A DNA stretch of 64,000 nucleotides from Macrostomum hystrix (lineage: Eukaryota; Animalia; Platyhelminthes). The first letter of the stretch is position 1. Every line of letters begins with the position of its first letter. A program made the position numbers and the translations under genes. Where the stretch lies: contig CATNEN010000002.1 in assembly GCA_950097015.1 (NCBI GenBank), positions 620,001-684,000 on the forward strand, given 5' to 3'. Below, piece by piece: positions 50,201-62,600 of the stretch. The notes below the pieces were generated by a model that made no database searches, was not told where the DNA came from, and saw only the letters and a list, made by a program, of their open reading frames with translations.

Positions 50201-51525
50201 TCGCCGTCGAAATACGACGCTTGATGCTGGAGCGGCTGCGGTGACCCGCCGGTGGAGTCGTCCGAGAAGTCGTAATCGCGCTGGACGTCCGGCAGGCGGA
50301 CTCGGCATCTACGGGGAGTGTCTGGACTTCTGGAGCCGACACCGGCCACTCGCAGATTGTGCCGATGATTCTGCTGATGCCGCGGCACAATGTCGGGCTC
50401 GATGGCCGCAGCTCCGGTAGCGGATGCGGCCGCTGAGGGCGCAGCAGTCGCTCCGCCAACCACGATCGTCGGCGGGGCGGATTCTGTCGGCACCGCTGTC
50501 GCGACCGCAGCGGGAGCTGACGGCGCCAGCCCTGCGATGTTGTTGCCGCGACTGGTTTTATTGATGGTTGTTGGACTGTTGGCTAGCTTAGCGCCTAGAG
50601 TTAGATTTTGTGATTTATTGATCGTTTTTTTGGTTGATTGATTCGTTTATGGCTATTAAGTCTAGAGTCATCTTTTGAAGAAAGTTTATTTAGATCTGGA
50701 CGATAATAAATTCGATAGATGTATTTCTAATGCAGTCGCTAGATCTGTCTCTAGAACAGAAGCTAGATCTGTCTCTAGAACGGAAGCTAGATATGTCTCT
50801 AGAACAGAAGCTAGATCTGTCTCTAGAACGGAAGCTAGATCTGTCTCTAGAAAAGAAGCTAGATCTGTCTCAAGAACAGAAGCTAGATCTGTCTCTAGAA
50901 CAGAAGCTAGATCTGTCTCTAGAACAGAAGCTAGATCTGTCTCTAGAACAGAAGCTAGATGTGTCTCTAGAACAGAAGCTAGATGTGTCTCTAGAACAGA
51001 AGCTAGATCTGTCTCTAGAAAAGAAGCTAGATCTGTCTCTAGAAAAGAAGCTAGATCTGTCTCTAGAACAGAAGCTAGATCTGTCTCTAGAACAGAAGCT
51101 AGATCTGTCTCTAGAACAGAAGCTAGATGTGTCTCTAGAACAGAAGCTAGATCTCTCTCTAGAACAGAAGCTAGATGTGTCTCTAGAACATGCTCTAGAT
51201 GTGTCTCTAGAACAGAAGCTAGATCTCTCTCTAGAACAGAAGCTAGATGTGTCTCTAGAACATGCTCTAGATGTGTCGCTAGAACATGCTCTAGATGTTT
51301 CTCTAGAACATTCTCTACAAGCTGGATAGACTCACCGAGCACTTGAGCCTCCAGTTCAACGGTGGGACTGCTCGGGCTCATTGGATGCATCTGCCTGTAC
51401 GCGGCGGCGACGGCGGCTGAGTCGTTGCCGGAATTGGCAACCGACAGCAGTTGCGGACTGCTATTGCCAGTTGACAGCCCCAGCTTGTTTGAGTCCAAAA
51501 CGTGACTGACCGAATAGCGAAGCAT
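47296..51525 (-). CDS. GCH1: GTP cyclohydrolase I (4 coding exons, ~381 aa)
   Basis: Phase-consistent exons 51525-51336, ~50594-50067, 49659-49442 and 47505-47296. Hallmark motifs [60 protein letters not shown] and HMCMVMRGV. Confidence 0.96.
47566..49105. repeat. 16-bp minisatellite (ATTCACTGAATTCCTC), ~96 copies, filling most of GCH1 intron 3
   Basis: Directly visible. Confidence 0.98.
49826..49915. mobile_element. 90-bp hAT-type MITE nested in a SINE2 copy
   Basis: Ends CAGTGGCGTAGC...GCTACGCCCCGTG; perfect 8-bp TSD TGCATGAT (49818-49825 and 49916-49923). Confidence 0.85.
50738..51315. repeat. 24-bp minisatellite (AAGCTAGATCTGTCTCTAGAACAG), ~24 copies, in GCH1 intron 1
   Basis: Directly visible; produces spurious 8-aa-period ORFs on both strands. 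Confidence 0.96.
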
Positions 51526-52811
51526 GATGGTTGGCTTGTTAGACCTGAGGAATTTAATGCGGCAGCCAGTTCAGAAATCCCAGAAGCGAAGAAGGCACAA
51601 GCCAAAGCGCAGAATTTATACTGGAAGAAACGGGGAGAGGATGAGATGCGCGGACAAAAATGGTTGGCTTGGAGACGTTTTCGTCACAGAAGCTCGCGTC
51701 CCCCACCCCACGGACGATAATCCCCATTGAGAAGGCGCGCCTCACGCCTCGGGCTGATCGGATTGGGAAGACGCGCTGCTGCTGAGATCAGATCTTTTTC
51801 CGATATAGAATCGGAATTAGCAGCACAGCGGATGGTCCATTGGGCATGACTCGACGCCCACGCAAACTAGAACGCTTTTCATTCACGACATTCACAAAGC
51901 CAATATGGGAGAATTTCCCCCCCGGACGGACAAGAATCTCGACTCAACTCTACAGTTAGGGGATCAGTTAGTGGGATCAGTTTGGGATCAGTTGTCGGTC
52001 AAGATATTTTTAGATCAAATTTCTGGTTACTGAGGATTCTGGAGCTAAACTCACACAGATCCCAGATCCCGGCTCCTTGTGTATTTGACAGGAAGCCATG
52101 CAAGCAAGACTTGTTTGGCCTAAGAAAGGGATTTCCGTTCCCTCTCCTATATCCCGATTTTTCAAGTCCCATCGGCGCTTCCGACAGCAGCTTTCGTTCA
52201 AGCCTTGGGGGCGGCCGGAGCAGTTCTCGTGATTGATCGCGACTGTGGCCCAATGGACTCCGCATTCTCTGTCTGGCTGGTCCTTAGTGCGGCCGACAGT
52301 TTTCTTGGGCTACTCAGTGCTGAGACTAGACGTCAAGCGGCATTTTTTTGCATACCAAATCGACCAAATCAGGTGAAGCGTTGCTTTTGAGCTGTGTTTT
52401 GAAGTTAAAAATAGAACTTTTTTGGAACTCTTCCGGAACTTCAAGTGCCTCTAAACAATGGAAGTGTTTTTTTGCAATGATCAATCCTGATGCCTGTGAA
52501 ACTTAATACCAGCGGCGCTTTCTCAGAAAAAAAGAAATAACTTCGTCAGGAAAGTAATATTAGAAAGCTTGCTTTCTTAGAAATCGGAAATATGAAAAAA
52601 ACTACTTGCAGCTAAATTAATCCGTCTATTTGTGTAATAGAAATTTTAAAAAATTATAGGAATCCGAATCTGAACATTTAACATGAACATAACTCTTATT
52701 ATCTAAATAATAGTTAAATATTCAAACCACAGAATGTTATTTTTTTTTATTATTTTCTATGAGAATACTTTCTAAGAGTTGCGACATACTTTAGATATAG
52801 TAGATATAAGA

Positions 52812-53030
52812 GGTTGTAGCCTAGTGGTTAGGGCGTCGGACTAACGACTTTAAGGTCGGGGGTTCGATTCCCGACTCCACTGGAACAATTTGCGTCCTTT
52901 AGCAAGACACTTAACTCTGCATTGCTTCAGTTCACCCAGCTGTTAAATGGGTACCAGCATCAGCTGGGATAATTGAAGGTGGGTGTGGCGTCCCCCCAGT
53001 CCATGGACTGAACTGCTGTACGCAGCCTTC
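52812..53030 (+). mobile_element. tRNA-derived SINE family 1 with CORE/Meta-like domain (degenerate copy also at ~59680-59800 -)
   Basis: A box TAGCCTAGTGG and B box GGTTCGATTCC, then CCTTTAGCAAGACACTTAACTCTGCATTGCTTCAGTTCACCCAGCTGTTAAATGGGTACC. Confidence 0.8.
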
Positions 53031-53682
53031 AGATGCGCCGCGCAATAGCTGCGGCTGTGCTGTCGGCTGCACATCTGGCCCGATTGGGGCAGGTGTAATC
53101 AATTATTATTAAATTATAATTAAAGATATAAGACAAGCGAGAGATGAGACAGGGAAGATATGAGACAGGGATACAAGCCTGTACAAACTGATCATTACTT
53201 TTTGGACACAAACTGCCACGTGGTTTTGAATCCTAAAATTGTATTTATTTTCCTAATAAGTTCAGAAAACTGTTATCGAAATTAAAAACGTTATGTAGAC
53301 CAGCCACACTCACGTATTAAGAAATAAAGATACAAAAATTAAATCTCTTCGTTTCTTACCGAAAGTAAACAAAATTCCAAGGAACGAAAAAATTCTTAAA
53401 AAATCGGCATCAAAACGTAGAAAATCTCCGAAGAAAAAGATCACCTAAAGAAAGATAAATAAATCACAGATTTTCCGATATTTTGAAACGCACTAAACTT
53501 AATTACTACTAAACAGTTGAATGACGAATCAGTAGTCAATTTGCACACTAAAATGATAGAAAAATAAAAATAATCAACTAAACCTCCAGTAGCCTCTGAT
53601 GGTGCAGCATGTGACATTTTTGGAATAAAAATGAAAAAGTGTAGAAATTTTGTTTTGCATCAGTTCGCTTCTCCGAGAATAC

Positions 53683-56600
53683 TCAGTTGGCTTCAATACG
53701 TTTTGTGAGTTCGCTCAACTTCTCTGACCAATACTCACTGTTGCGGCTCAGTTGGGCTGACAGCTGAAGGCGTTGTTGAATATGGATCACTCTTAAATTT
53801 ATAGCAGCCAAATTCAAGAATTTCTACTCATGAGTAGGCATTGTGGCTTTTTTTTACCTCATCGCACTTGCGAATCCAAAAAGACTTGTCCAGTTTGTCC
53901 GGGTCAGCGACACCGGCTTCACGCACAGCGGCTTCCACCGTCTGTTTCACCTGCGAGTTTTCGTGTTTTTTTGAAGCAGTTTTTTAATAAATGAAAGGTA
54001 CGTTTGTTAAAAGAAGTAGTTTTTTTTCCAACCAATAGATTACATCTTGCAAAGTCTCTGCACTATTGGTGTTAGTGTTTTAAATAAAATTAGTTTTTTT
54101 ACTTTTTCTAAATCTCCGTTCGCCAAGTCGAGTTCCGATGCCTGAAATGACATGGAGACAAACTGTGCGTGAGTTACCTGACTCCCGTGCGAAAAATGTT
54201 GAGTTTACTACTGTTGACTACTGTCGGAATTGACTAGTTTGGGAAGTGACTAGCCTGGGAAGTGACTCGTAGTTTGGGAAGTGACTGGTAGTTTGGGAAG
54301 TGACTCGTAGGTTGGGAAGTGACTAGTAGTTTGGGAAGCGGCTAGTTTGTAAAGTTGATAAAATCAATGAATTAAAAATTGCGATTGCAAAAATTGTACG
54401 CATTTCAATATTTTAGCAATTTTCTTCCGACAATCTCACAATGTCCAGCCAGACTCACCGAAGCGTCGTCAAAGTACACCCGGAAAGCTCTGGCCTCCAG
54501 TTGGGCTCTCAGTGCAGCCGCCGCCTGCTCGCGGCCCTCGGCCCGCAGCCGATAGGACTGGCTGGCCAGACGCTCGCGTTCCAGCTCCTTGCGCAGCTGA
54601 GCCACTGTCGAACCCCTGCCGCTGTTGGCTTCATCTCTCACTGGCGATTGCTGCAGAGATTTCATCAGAATTTTGTCAGAATTATACATTATAGGCTCGG
54701 TCTCTTAATAAAAATATTATTGATAATCATTTCGGGACAGTAGACCTGAAGACAGCGAGGAGGCAATTCCGCCCACTTCGCTGACTCCTGAGCACACACG
54801 CACACAGATACACGCCCCAAATGAATGTGGTCTCGTGCTCAGGGACCTTGTGCTCAGGGACCTTGTGCTCAGGGACCTTGTGCTCAGGGACCTTGTGCTC
54901 AGGGACCTTGTGCTCAGGGACCTTGTGCTCAGTGACCTTGTGCTCAGGGACCTTGTGCTCAGGGACCTTGTGCTCAGGGACCTTGTGCTCAGGGACCTTG
55001 GTGCGAGAGGCAAACGCTTTACCCGCTCTCTAAGCACTAAGAAAATGTTTGGGAGCTTGTCGCGCAATTCACGCCCTTAAAAGCCAACCTTCATGGCACA
55101 GTACGTGAGAGTGTACACTGCCTGACGATGAGAAAGTCAGGGCAGATGTACACACCTGTGTGCGCGTGTGCTTAGGAGTCAATTAGACAAACAAACTAAC
55201 ACTCTCTGATGGCCGACTTGCAGTTCAAGCATCTCTCAGATCTTTGTCGCGCACCTGTCTTTCCCGGAGCTCGGCGGCAGCCAGCAGGCGGTCTCGCTCC
55301 TGCTGCAGCGCAAGAATTGCCCGGCTTTGATCCTTGATCTTCTTGCCCAGCTTGTCGCTGGCAGCTTTCTGATCCTGCACCCAGGCTGACACACTGCTGG
55401 CAACCTGCTGGCTGTCCCTGTGAAGCCGTTCGGCGCTGGCCCGGCTGTCGTCGAGAGCGCGACGGAGGCTGGCGCACTCTTCGCGGAGCTGGGCGATGAC
55501 GGCGTTGGCTTCGGCTAGTTCGGATTCACGAGATCGCAGACGATCGGCTAAGGAAGCCGCGTTTGACTTAAAAAAGAAAACAATGTATTCAGGATTCTTC
55601 TGCCGATTTTTATGGCTAAACTAACAAGCAGCCATTCAGTTTGGCCGTTAAAAGGGCCGTTTTGACATGATTGTCACCGTGCTGCCCTTTTTGGTCGCTT
55701 TTTCTAACATTTATTAAAATACCGGATACCGAAAAACTATATATATCCCTTGCGCTATATGGAAATTTTAAATGATACATCTGAGTTAAAATATGTCTTT
55801 AGAAATGTTAAGTAATCTGTAATTTTCAGCGGCCAATGTTAAAACTCTAAATTGACAAATATACCGTGAAGGTATCTATTATTAGATCCTGAAAAGCTGG
55901 CTGTTTGAATATTCTTACAAACCAAAAACTGGAATTTCGGGACTCTATACCTTTTTGTGAGATATGTTATAAGATTAATAAAAAAAGCATCATTTATCTC
56001 AAAAAACTAACTTATAAAATTTGTTTTTGTTAGTATTTTATAGTCTAAGAGATTTAATATCATTGTGTGGCCACGGATATACAGTTTTATCCAATTGCCC
56101 TTAAAAGGGCCGTTTTGACATACTTACCGCTTTTTTCTTGACGTACTGCCCTTTAAAACGGCGTGTTATTGGACTCTTTCACTCACCCGAACGCCGTTGA
56201 ATTCACTCTCTCGGTTGTCCAGCTGTCTCGCCATCGCTACCGCTCTCTCCTCCGCCTCGCGGCATGCCTCCTCCGCAGCCGCCAGCCGTCTGGCTAGTTC
56301 GGCTCGTTGAGCCTCGCCCTGTGAGCGAGCATCTTTCAGGGCGCGGGCGGATTCCTCACGCAGGCGCCGCAGTTCAGCTTCGGACTCGGCTGACCGGGTG
56401 GCGACCTCGGCGGCTGCAGCCTCTGCCGCCTGTCGGGCCCTGACTGCGGCCTCTCTGGCGCGCTCGTCGCCCGCACGGACAGCGTCGCGTGCACGGCCTT
56501 CTGCCTCGGTGAGGGCCGCTCGCAGTTCGCTGGATTCGCGAGCCAGTTTGGAGGCACCGGACTCCCGATCAGCCAGATCTCGCTGTAGGCTAGCGATCTA

Positions 56601-59600
56601 CGGAATTAGAGATTCTTGTTTAATCTCACTGAGATTCTTGTTTAATCTCACTGAGATTCTTGTTTAATCTCACTGAGATTCTTGTTTAATCTCACTGAGA
56701 TTCTTGTTTAATCTCACTGAGATTCTTGTTAAATCTCACTGAGATTCTTGTTTAATCTCACTGAGATTCTTGTTTAATCTCACTGAGATTCTTGTTTAAT
56801 CTCACTGAGATTCTTGTTTAATCTCACTGAGATTCTTGTTTAATCTCACTGAGATTCTTGTTTAATCTCACTGAGATTCTTGTTTAATCTCACTGAGATT
56901 CTTGTTTAATCTCACTGAGATTCTTGTTTAATCTCACTGAGATTCTTGTTTAATCTCACTGAGATTCTTGTTTAATCTCACTGAGATTCTTGTTTAATCT
57001 CACTGAGATTCTTGTTTAATCTCACTGAGATTCTTGTTTAATCTCACTGAGATTCTTGTTTAATCTCACTGAGATTCTTGTTTAATCTCACTGAGATTCT
57101 TGTTAAATATCACTGAAAGTCGTCCCCCGCCTTGCCTACTCACCTGATCCCTCAGCTTCTCCGCCTCATCGCCAGACTGCTCAGCCGCCCTGCCAGCCGC
57201 CAGAAGCTGCTGCCGCAGAGCCCGGGTCGTCGCCTCCATCTCGGCTGCGGCGGCCTCGGCGCGTCTCTGACCTTCGGCGACCGATTCGCCCAGCTTCGCT
57301 CGCTTTTGTCGCAGCTCCGACTGCAGCCTGGCCAGCAGACGGTCCTGCTCCTCCACCTGGCCAGCCAGCATCAGCGAGTGCTCGCGCTCGCCTTCCAGCG
57401 CCACGCCGGATTTCTCAGCCCGCTGACGCTGCTCCAGCGCATCCTTGGCCGAAGCGTGGGCCGCCTCCTTGGCCGACAGCAGGTCGCGACGAAGTCGTTC
57501 GAGAGCCGAGCGCAAGTCGGTATTTTCTGCCGCCTGTAGGGAACGGAGCAGGTGTTACCGGACTGCTCAACATCTGCTCAGACGGAAATCAAAACTAACA
57601 AAATCACTTTAGTAATGATGTCCAGCGAGGGTGAGGTCGGAAGTTCGAGACTTAGCCTAAGTGTCTGGACGGTTGGTCCGTAACAGTAGAAAGAAGACGA
57701 TGGTTTTTTTCTGTATCTCCTAATAGATTTTAATAATCGCCATGAAAAATCATTTCGTTTGACTTTCACGAAAATCGGTGATTCGGTTTGGGAGCTATCG
57801 TGTAGTGGGCAGTGGGAATTTGAAATACCCCCGGGAAAGACCTAGGGGGGAACAGTCTTTCAACTGTAAATGTGCATAATTCGCGCTACAAACGCCACTC
57901 GGTGACTCAACACCAATCGATCTGCGGCGCCAACCTGGTCGGAAATTCTCTGCCTGCTTTCCGTCGCCTCCGCAGCGGCGGCTCGGCGAACTCGTTCGAC
58001 CTCGGCCAGCGCGCCGTCCCGATCCTTCGCTGCCGTCTGCAGTTCCAATCGGCAGCGAGCTAGCGCCGACTCCAGCTGCTGCTGATTGGCCCTGGCTGCT
58101 GTCAGCGCCTCCTCAAGTTGATCGGCTCGTTCGCTGGCCTCTTCCAGCCGACTGACAGCTTCTTGTTGCCGGGCGCGTTCGGCCTTCAACTGCTGGTGGG
58201 AGCCGGCGAGCTGCAGCTGCAGCTGCTGCACGCACTGCTGCAGCCGCTCAGACTCCCGCTCGGCACCAGCCCGACGCTCCCGCTGATCTGCCAGCTCCTG
58301 ACGGGTCTCGGCCAGAGCCTCCTGCGCCGACGCCAACTGCCGCCTCGAAGTTTCGGCCTGCGCCGCCGATTCCGCCTCGCGTTGACGCTGATTGTCATTG
58401 GCTGCGGCCAGCTCCGAATGCAGCTGCTGCAGCTGGCCTGATTGGCGGTGAAGCTCCGCTTCCTGCAGGGGTGGCGTTTCTAAATTTATCAGCCAATCGG
58501 CGGCGACATTGGGGGTAGGAGTTTTCGATGACGATTTCAGGATTGATCAAGCTCGAAAGATTGACGACGATTGATGCTTTCAGGATTGACAATTATATTT
58601 GATAAATTGATGGTTTGAGGAATTTTAGATTTCAGGATTCAATAAAGAATTCTAAGAATTCGCATATTCTAGTATCGAGCTTTCGACCATACTGATTTCA
58701 TTGGTCATTATGGTCGGTATTTTGGACTAATCCTTAAAAAGGATTTATCCTTGACTCTTTAAAGTTAAAGGGGATTTATATAGCGACTAAAAAGTTTTAA
58801 AAACAATATTCTGCTTCTTTTTTTAGGCAAATGAGATGGATCTCTGATGACAAGACGGAATTCCCAACCAATCAGCGTCTAGCCATAGAGAGAACTATTA
58901 AACTTCACTCTGCCTCAACCAATCCACAGCCACCACGGATAGAAATATTAGTCGTTTTAAATTTTCAACCAATCAGAAATCAGCAACGCAAGGAGGGGCA
59001 CAAAGCGCAGCCAATCGTGCCTGATCTCTGCATCTGGCGGCCAATCGCTGGCCAGCCTCGTGGGTTCGCTCCAGCTCGCCCGCGGTCTCCTCCAATCCGG
59101 CCTCGGCGCCGCGCAGTTCGGCTTCGAGTTCGCGCAGTCGGTCGCGCAGCTGTTCGGCGCCAGACTCGCGCGCCTGGCACTCGCGCCTGGACGACTCCAG
59201 CGCCGACTGAGTTTCACGAAGTCGGGCCTCCAGCTGGCGCGCCTCGGTTGCAGCTCGAGCAGTATCGCTCTGACTGCGCTGAAGGCCGGCACGGAGTTTG
59301 CCGACCTCCTCCTCGGAGCGCAGCAGCTGAGGATAAAGGATTGAGGATTGAAGATTGAGGATTTGGGATTGAGGACAGGGGATTAATGATTAAGGACTGA
59401 ACTTGAGAAGCGGGAATTAGAGATTAAGGATTAAGGATTGGTAATTGGAATCTGAGGATTGAGGAGTTAGTATACGAGAGGATTTTTTATGTAATGATTC
59501 GATAATCTAACGATTCTGAATCGGACAATATCGGAATTGAACGATAGGAAGTTGAATATAAAAGCGAAGGATGTAGACAATTATATTTTCAAGTTAAAAA

Positions 59601-62600
59601 AAGTTGATAGATCTGCCCGAAGATAGATCTTCGAGGGACAAAATGGACTGAGGACTGCGCCAAACCCACTTTCAGTTACCCTATTTAGCAGCTCGGATAT
59701 TTGAAGCAAAACAGATCGGTAAAATTGTTTCAGTGTTTCAGTGGAGTCCGGAATCGAACCTCCGACCATCAAATTGTAAGTTCAAACTGAATCAGCTAAA
59801 AAAGCAGTCGTTAACATACTCACTTCCTCATAGCAGGTTGTGTATTGGCTCTGCGATTCAAGCAGGTCCGCCTGCAGCTGCTGAATACATCTGTCTCTTT
59901 CCGTCAGCTGAAATGATTTTGAAATTCAAGAGCGTTACAGAATGCTCATCGGCTTCGTGTCTCAGAGGAAACCGAATCTTGCCTCAGATTCCGCACGCTG
60001 CTTCAAGTCGTCTTTTTCGGCTTTGACTTTGTTCATGGCCTCTTGTAGACGTGCCAAAGAATCTGACTGCCTGTTCGCCTGCGATTGGATTAGTGAGTTC
60101 TGGTGGTTGGTGAGTCCTTTGGGATTACTGGGTGAGTATGGTGTCACTGGATGACAATGGAAATCTTAAATAACAGTGAGATTACTGAATGATTATGTGG
60201 TTAATAGACCACGATGGGAATACTGGATCAGGATGTAAAATAAAAATAATAATTTGACACTAGACCCAAGGGCCAGTGCAGGTGTTGTGTGTCAAGCACA
60301 CTAGCAGGAGGGGACTGAACACCTATTGTACTCCCCGGCTCTCTCAGACACCGGTTGACAGCCGCGTGTCAGTAATGGAATTTATTTTTTTCCAAACATA
60401 CCGTCAGCATTCAAACCCCACAGAATTGCCGCACAGAACTGCTTTATTCCACGCCAGCCGGAATTATTATAACCCGACGAAATGTCGGTACTCATTTCCA
60501 GCTGAGTAGACTGTGTGCACATCAGGGCAAAGCAGCTTGCCAAAGGCTGCACGAATAGTTCTAGACTAGGTCGGGAGTCGAACCGAGTCGAACCGGGAGT
60601 CAAGCCGGCCGAAACTCAAAATAATGTTTCGGCCTCGCGACGTCGGGTTGCTTCAAACTCTGTCGCTTCCAGCTCCGCCTGAGTTTATGATCCAGAGTCC
60701 GACACCTTACTGACTGAGCTATCCGCCCTCAGATGTAAAATACTAAATCTCACAATGCGATTTCAACAATCAATCTGGAGTTTAGTTGATGACTATGGAA
60801 AAGCGAGATACCTTGCATTGAGTCCAACACAATGTTAAATATTTCTCAATGAAAATATTTTTTGTGATTCATTCGCACCTCAGCCCCGGCCACTCGAAGC
60901 TTTTCGCCCAGTCGTGCGGTTTCCTCCGCGCCACGTGCCGCTTCCGCCTCGCTGGCCTGCAGCCGGAGCGCCAGCTCCCTCGCCTCGGTGCCAATCTGAT
61001 CGTGCGCGTCGCGCTCCTCGTCAAGCGCCGATTCCAGCTGCTCGATCCGGCGGCGCGCGTCGCTGGCTTCGGCGCGGGCGGCGCGCGCCGCATCTTCCAG
61101 GCGTTGCGCTGTGGCGCGGGCCGCCTCGACCGCAGCCGCCGCTTCAGCTTGGCGTTCTCCGGCTGTTTCGGCCTCGCGACGTCGGGTTGCTTCAAACTCT
61201 GCCCGCCGATCCGACTCAGCCGCTTCCAGCTCCGCCTGAGTTTATGGTTTGAGATCAGGACATCTTCTTGATTCAGAACTAATTGGCATGATTTGGAACA
61301 TAAAACGGGAGCGAGCTAATGGTCAGTTCTACCTATTCCTCTGACAGCACACAGATACGCACTGTCTGTGAGTCATGGGGAAAATTGCAGACCTTCTCTC
61401 CGCGAACGTCAGAAATGATTAAGTCATGATCTGATCGATTATTGATCTTATCATGCACTTTTTAACAGTAAAAAGACACTATTTTCTACCGTGGTGAAAT
61501 ACCAGGTGGTATTTCAAAGACATTCCAAACCAAATGACCGATTTTTCGTGAAAGTCCACCACATTTATCAACATTTTCCGCCCTTAACGATAAACAGAAT
61601 TTCAAAGCCGAGTCAGCATCGTGGAGATATTCAGGCCGAATAACCTGGTGACAAGGACAGCTAACATTGCTCTGTATAAGCCTGTATTTGAAATACCGAC
61701 TGGGGTCTTACTGCTGTTCATTGATCAGATTATCTAATCCCTATGTGGCAAAAAGCTCGTATTAACTAGCTTCTAAAAGCAATTTTCTAGGACAAGAATA
61801 CTCAGAGGAAACCGCACTCATCAAATTCAGTATCCTTTTTTACTTATTTTCAGGGGGCCTGGGGCATTTGACGCACAAGCGCAGGAACGGCATGCCCCCA
61901 GGCCGGCGAACTACGCGGGAGTCGCCCATCGCGCCATCAGGACCCCTGAACACAGGCACCTCACACACAGCCGCAAGCCAAGCGGGGAAGGGGGCGGCAG
62001 CCGGAGTGCCTCTCACCCCAGGCCCGCACACGCACAGAGCTGACCAAACCAGGGGAGGACTTAGATGCCTGAAGGGTAGGGACGAGATTACACATTGGTG
62101 CACACCAATACAACGCCCCACCCCATACAACGCCTCACACCCGGCCCAACGCACAAACACAAACACAAACAAGCAGGCACGCAGAAGGCAGGGGTTAAGC
62201 TATTTTAAATTAGCTTTGGTTGCACAGAATAAGGTGCATCTCCGCATGTCACTACTTCGCAAACCTCCAACTAAGCCCCGAAATAATCGTGACTTGGAGG
62301 GAGGAACGAACCAGCGACCATTGGAAAGTGAGGCAGCGACACTAGCCGCTGACCCACTCACCCCCAGATTATTCAGTATCCCACCGCAGCCACCATTGTA
62401 ATTAGAAACCTGTCTGTCCTCACCTGCAGCTGTTCGATTGCGGCGTCTCTCGCCGCCAACTGGTCACCGAGTCGTCGACAGGCCGCCTGCAGCTCGGCCC
62501 GATCGCCCTTCCAGGCCGCCTCGCGCTGTCCGGCACCCAGTTCGAACTCGGCACAGCGAATTCTCAGGGCCTCCAGCTCTCTCAGCGTGTCCTCCCTCTG

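Noticed and set aside
50675-51346. Repeat-protein ORFs (SRTEARSV / LDLSLEQK / LASVLETD) and SGEVRAEV ORFs at 39044-39873
   Set aside because: Translations of intronic 24-bp minisatellites; flanking GCH1 and CEP89 exons splice around them in phase.
25410-51525. Functional clustering of a melatonin-like receptor with GCH1 (BH4 supply for serotonin/melatonin synthesis)
   Set aside because: They are 20 kb apart and separated by unrelated genes; there is no sequence evidence of co-regulation.
52812-52883. tRNA gene candidates (also 11860-11930, 4157-4230, 60690-60728)
   Set aside because: Poor acceptor stems, and each is followed by a shared SINE body, so these are SINE heads.
56609-57112. CRISPR-like palindromic repeats (also the 16-, 24- and 26-bp arrays)
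   Set aside because: Head-to-tail units with no unique spacers, no cas genes, and a eukaryotic intronic context.
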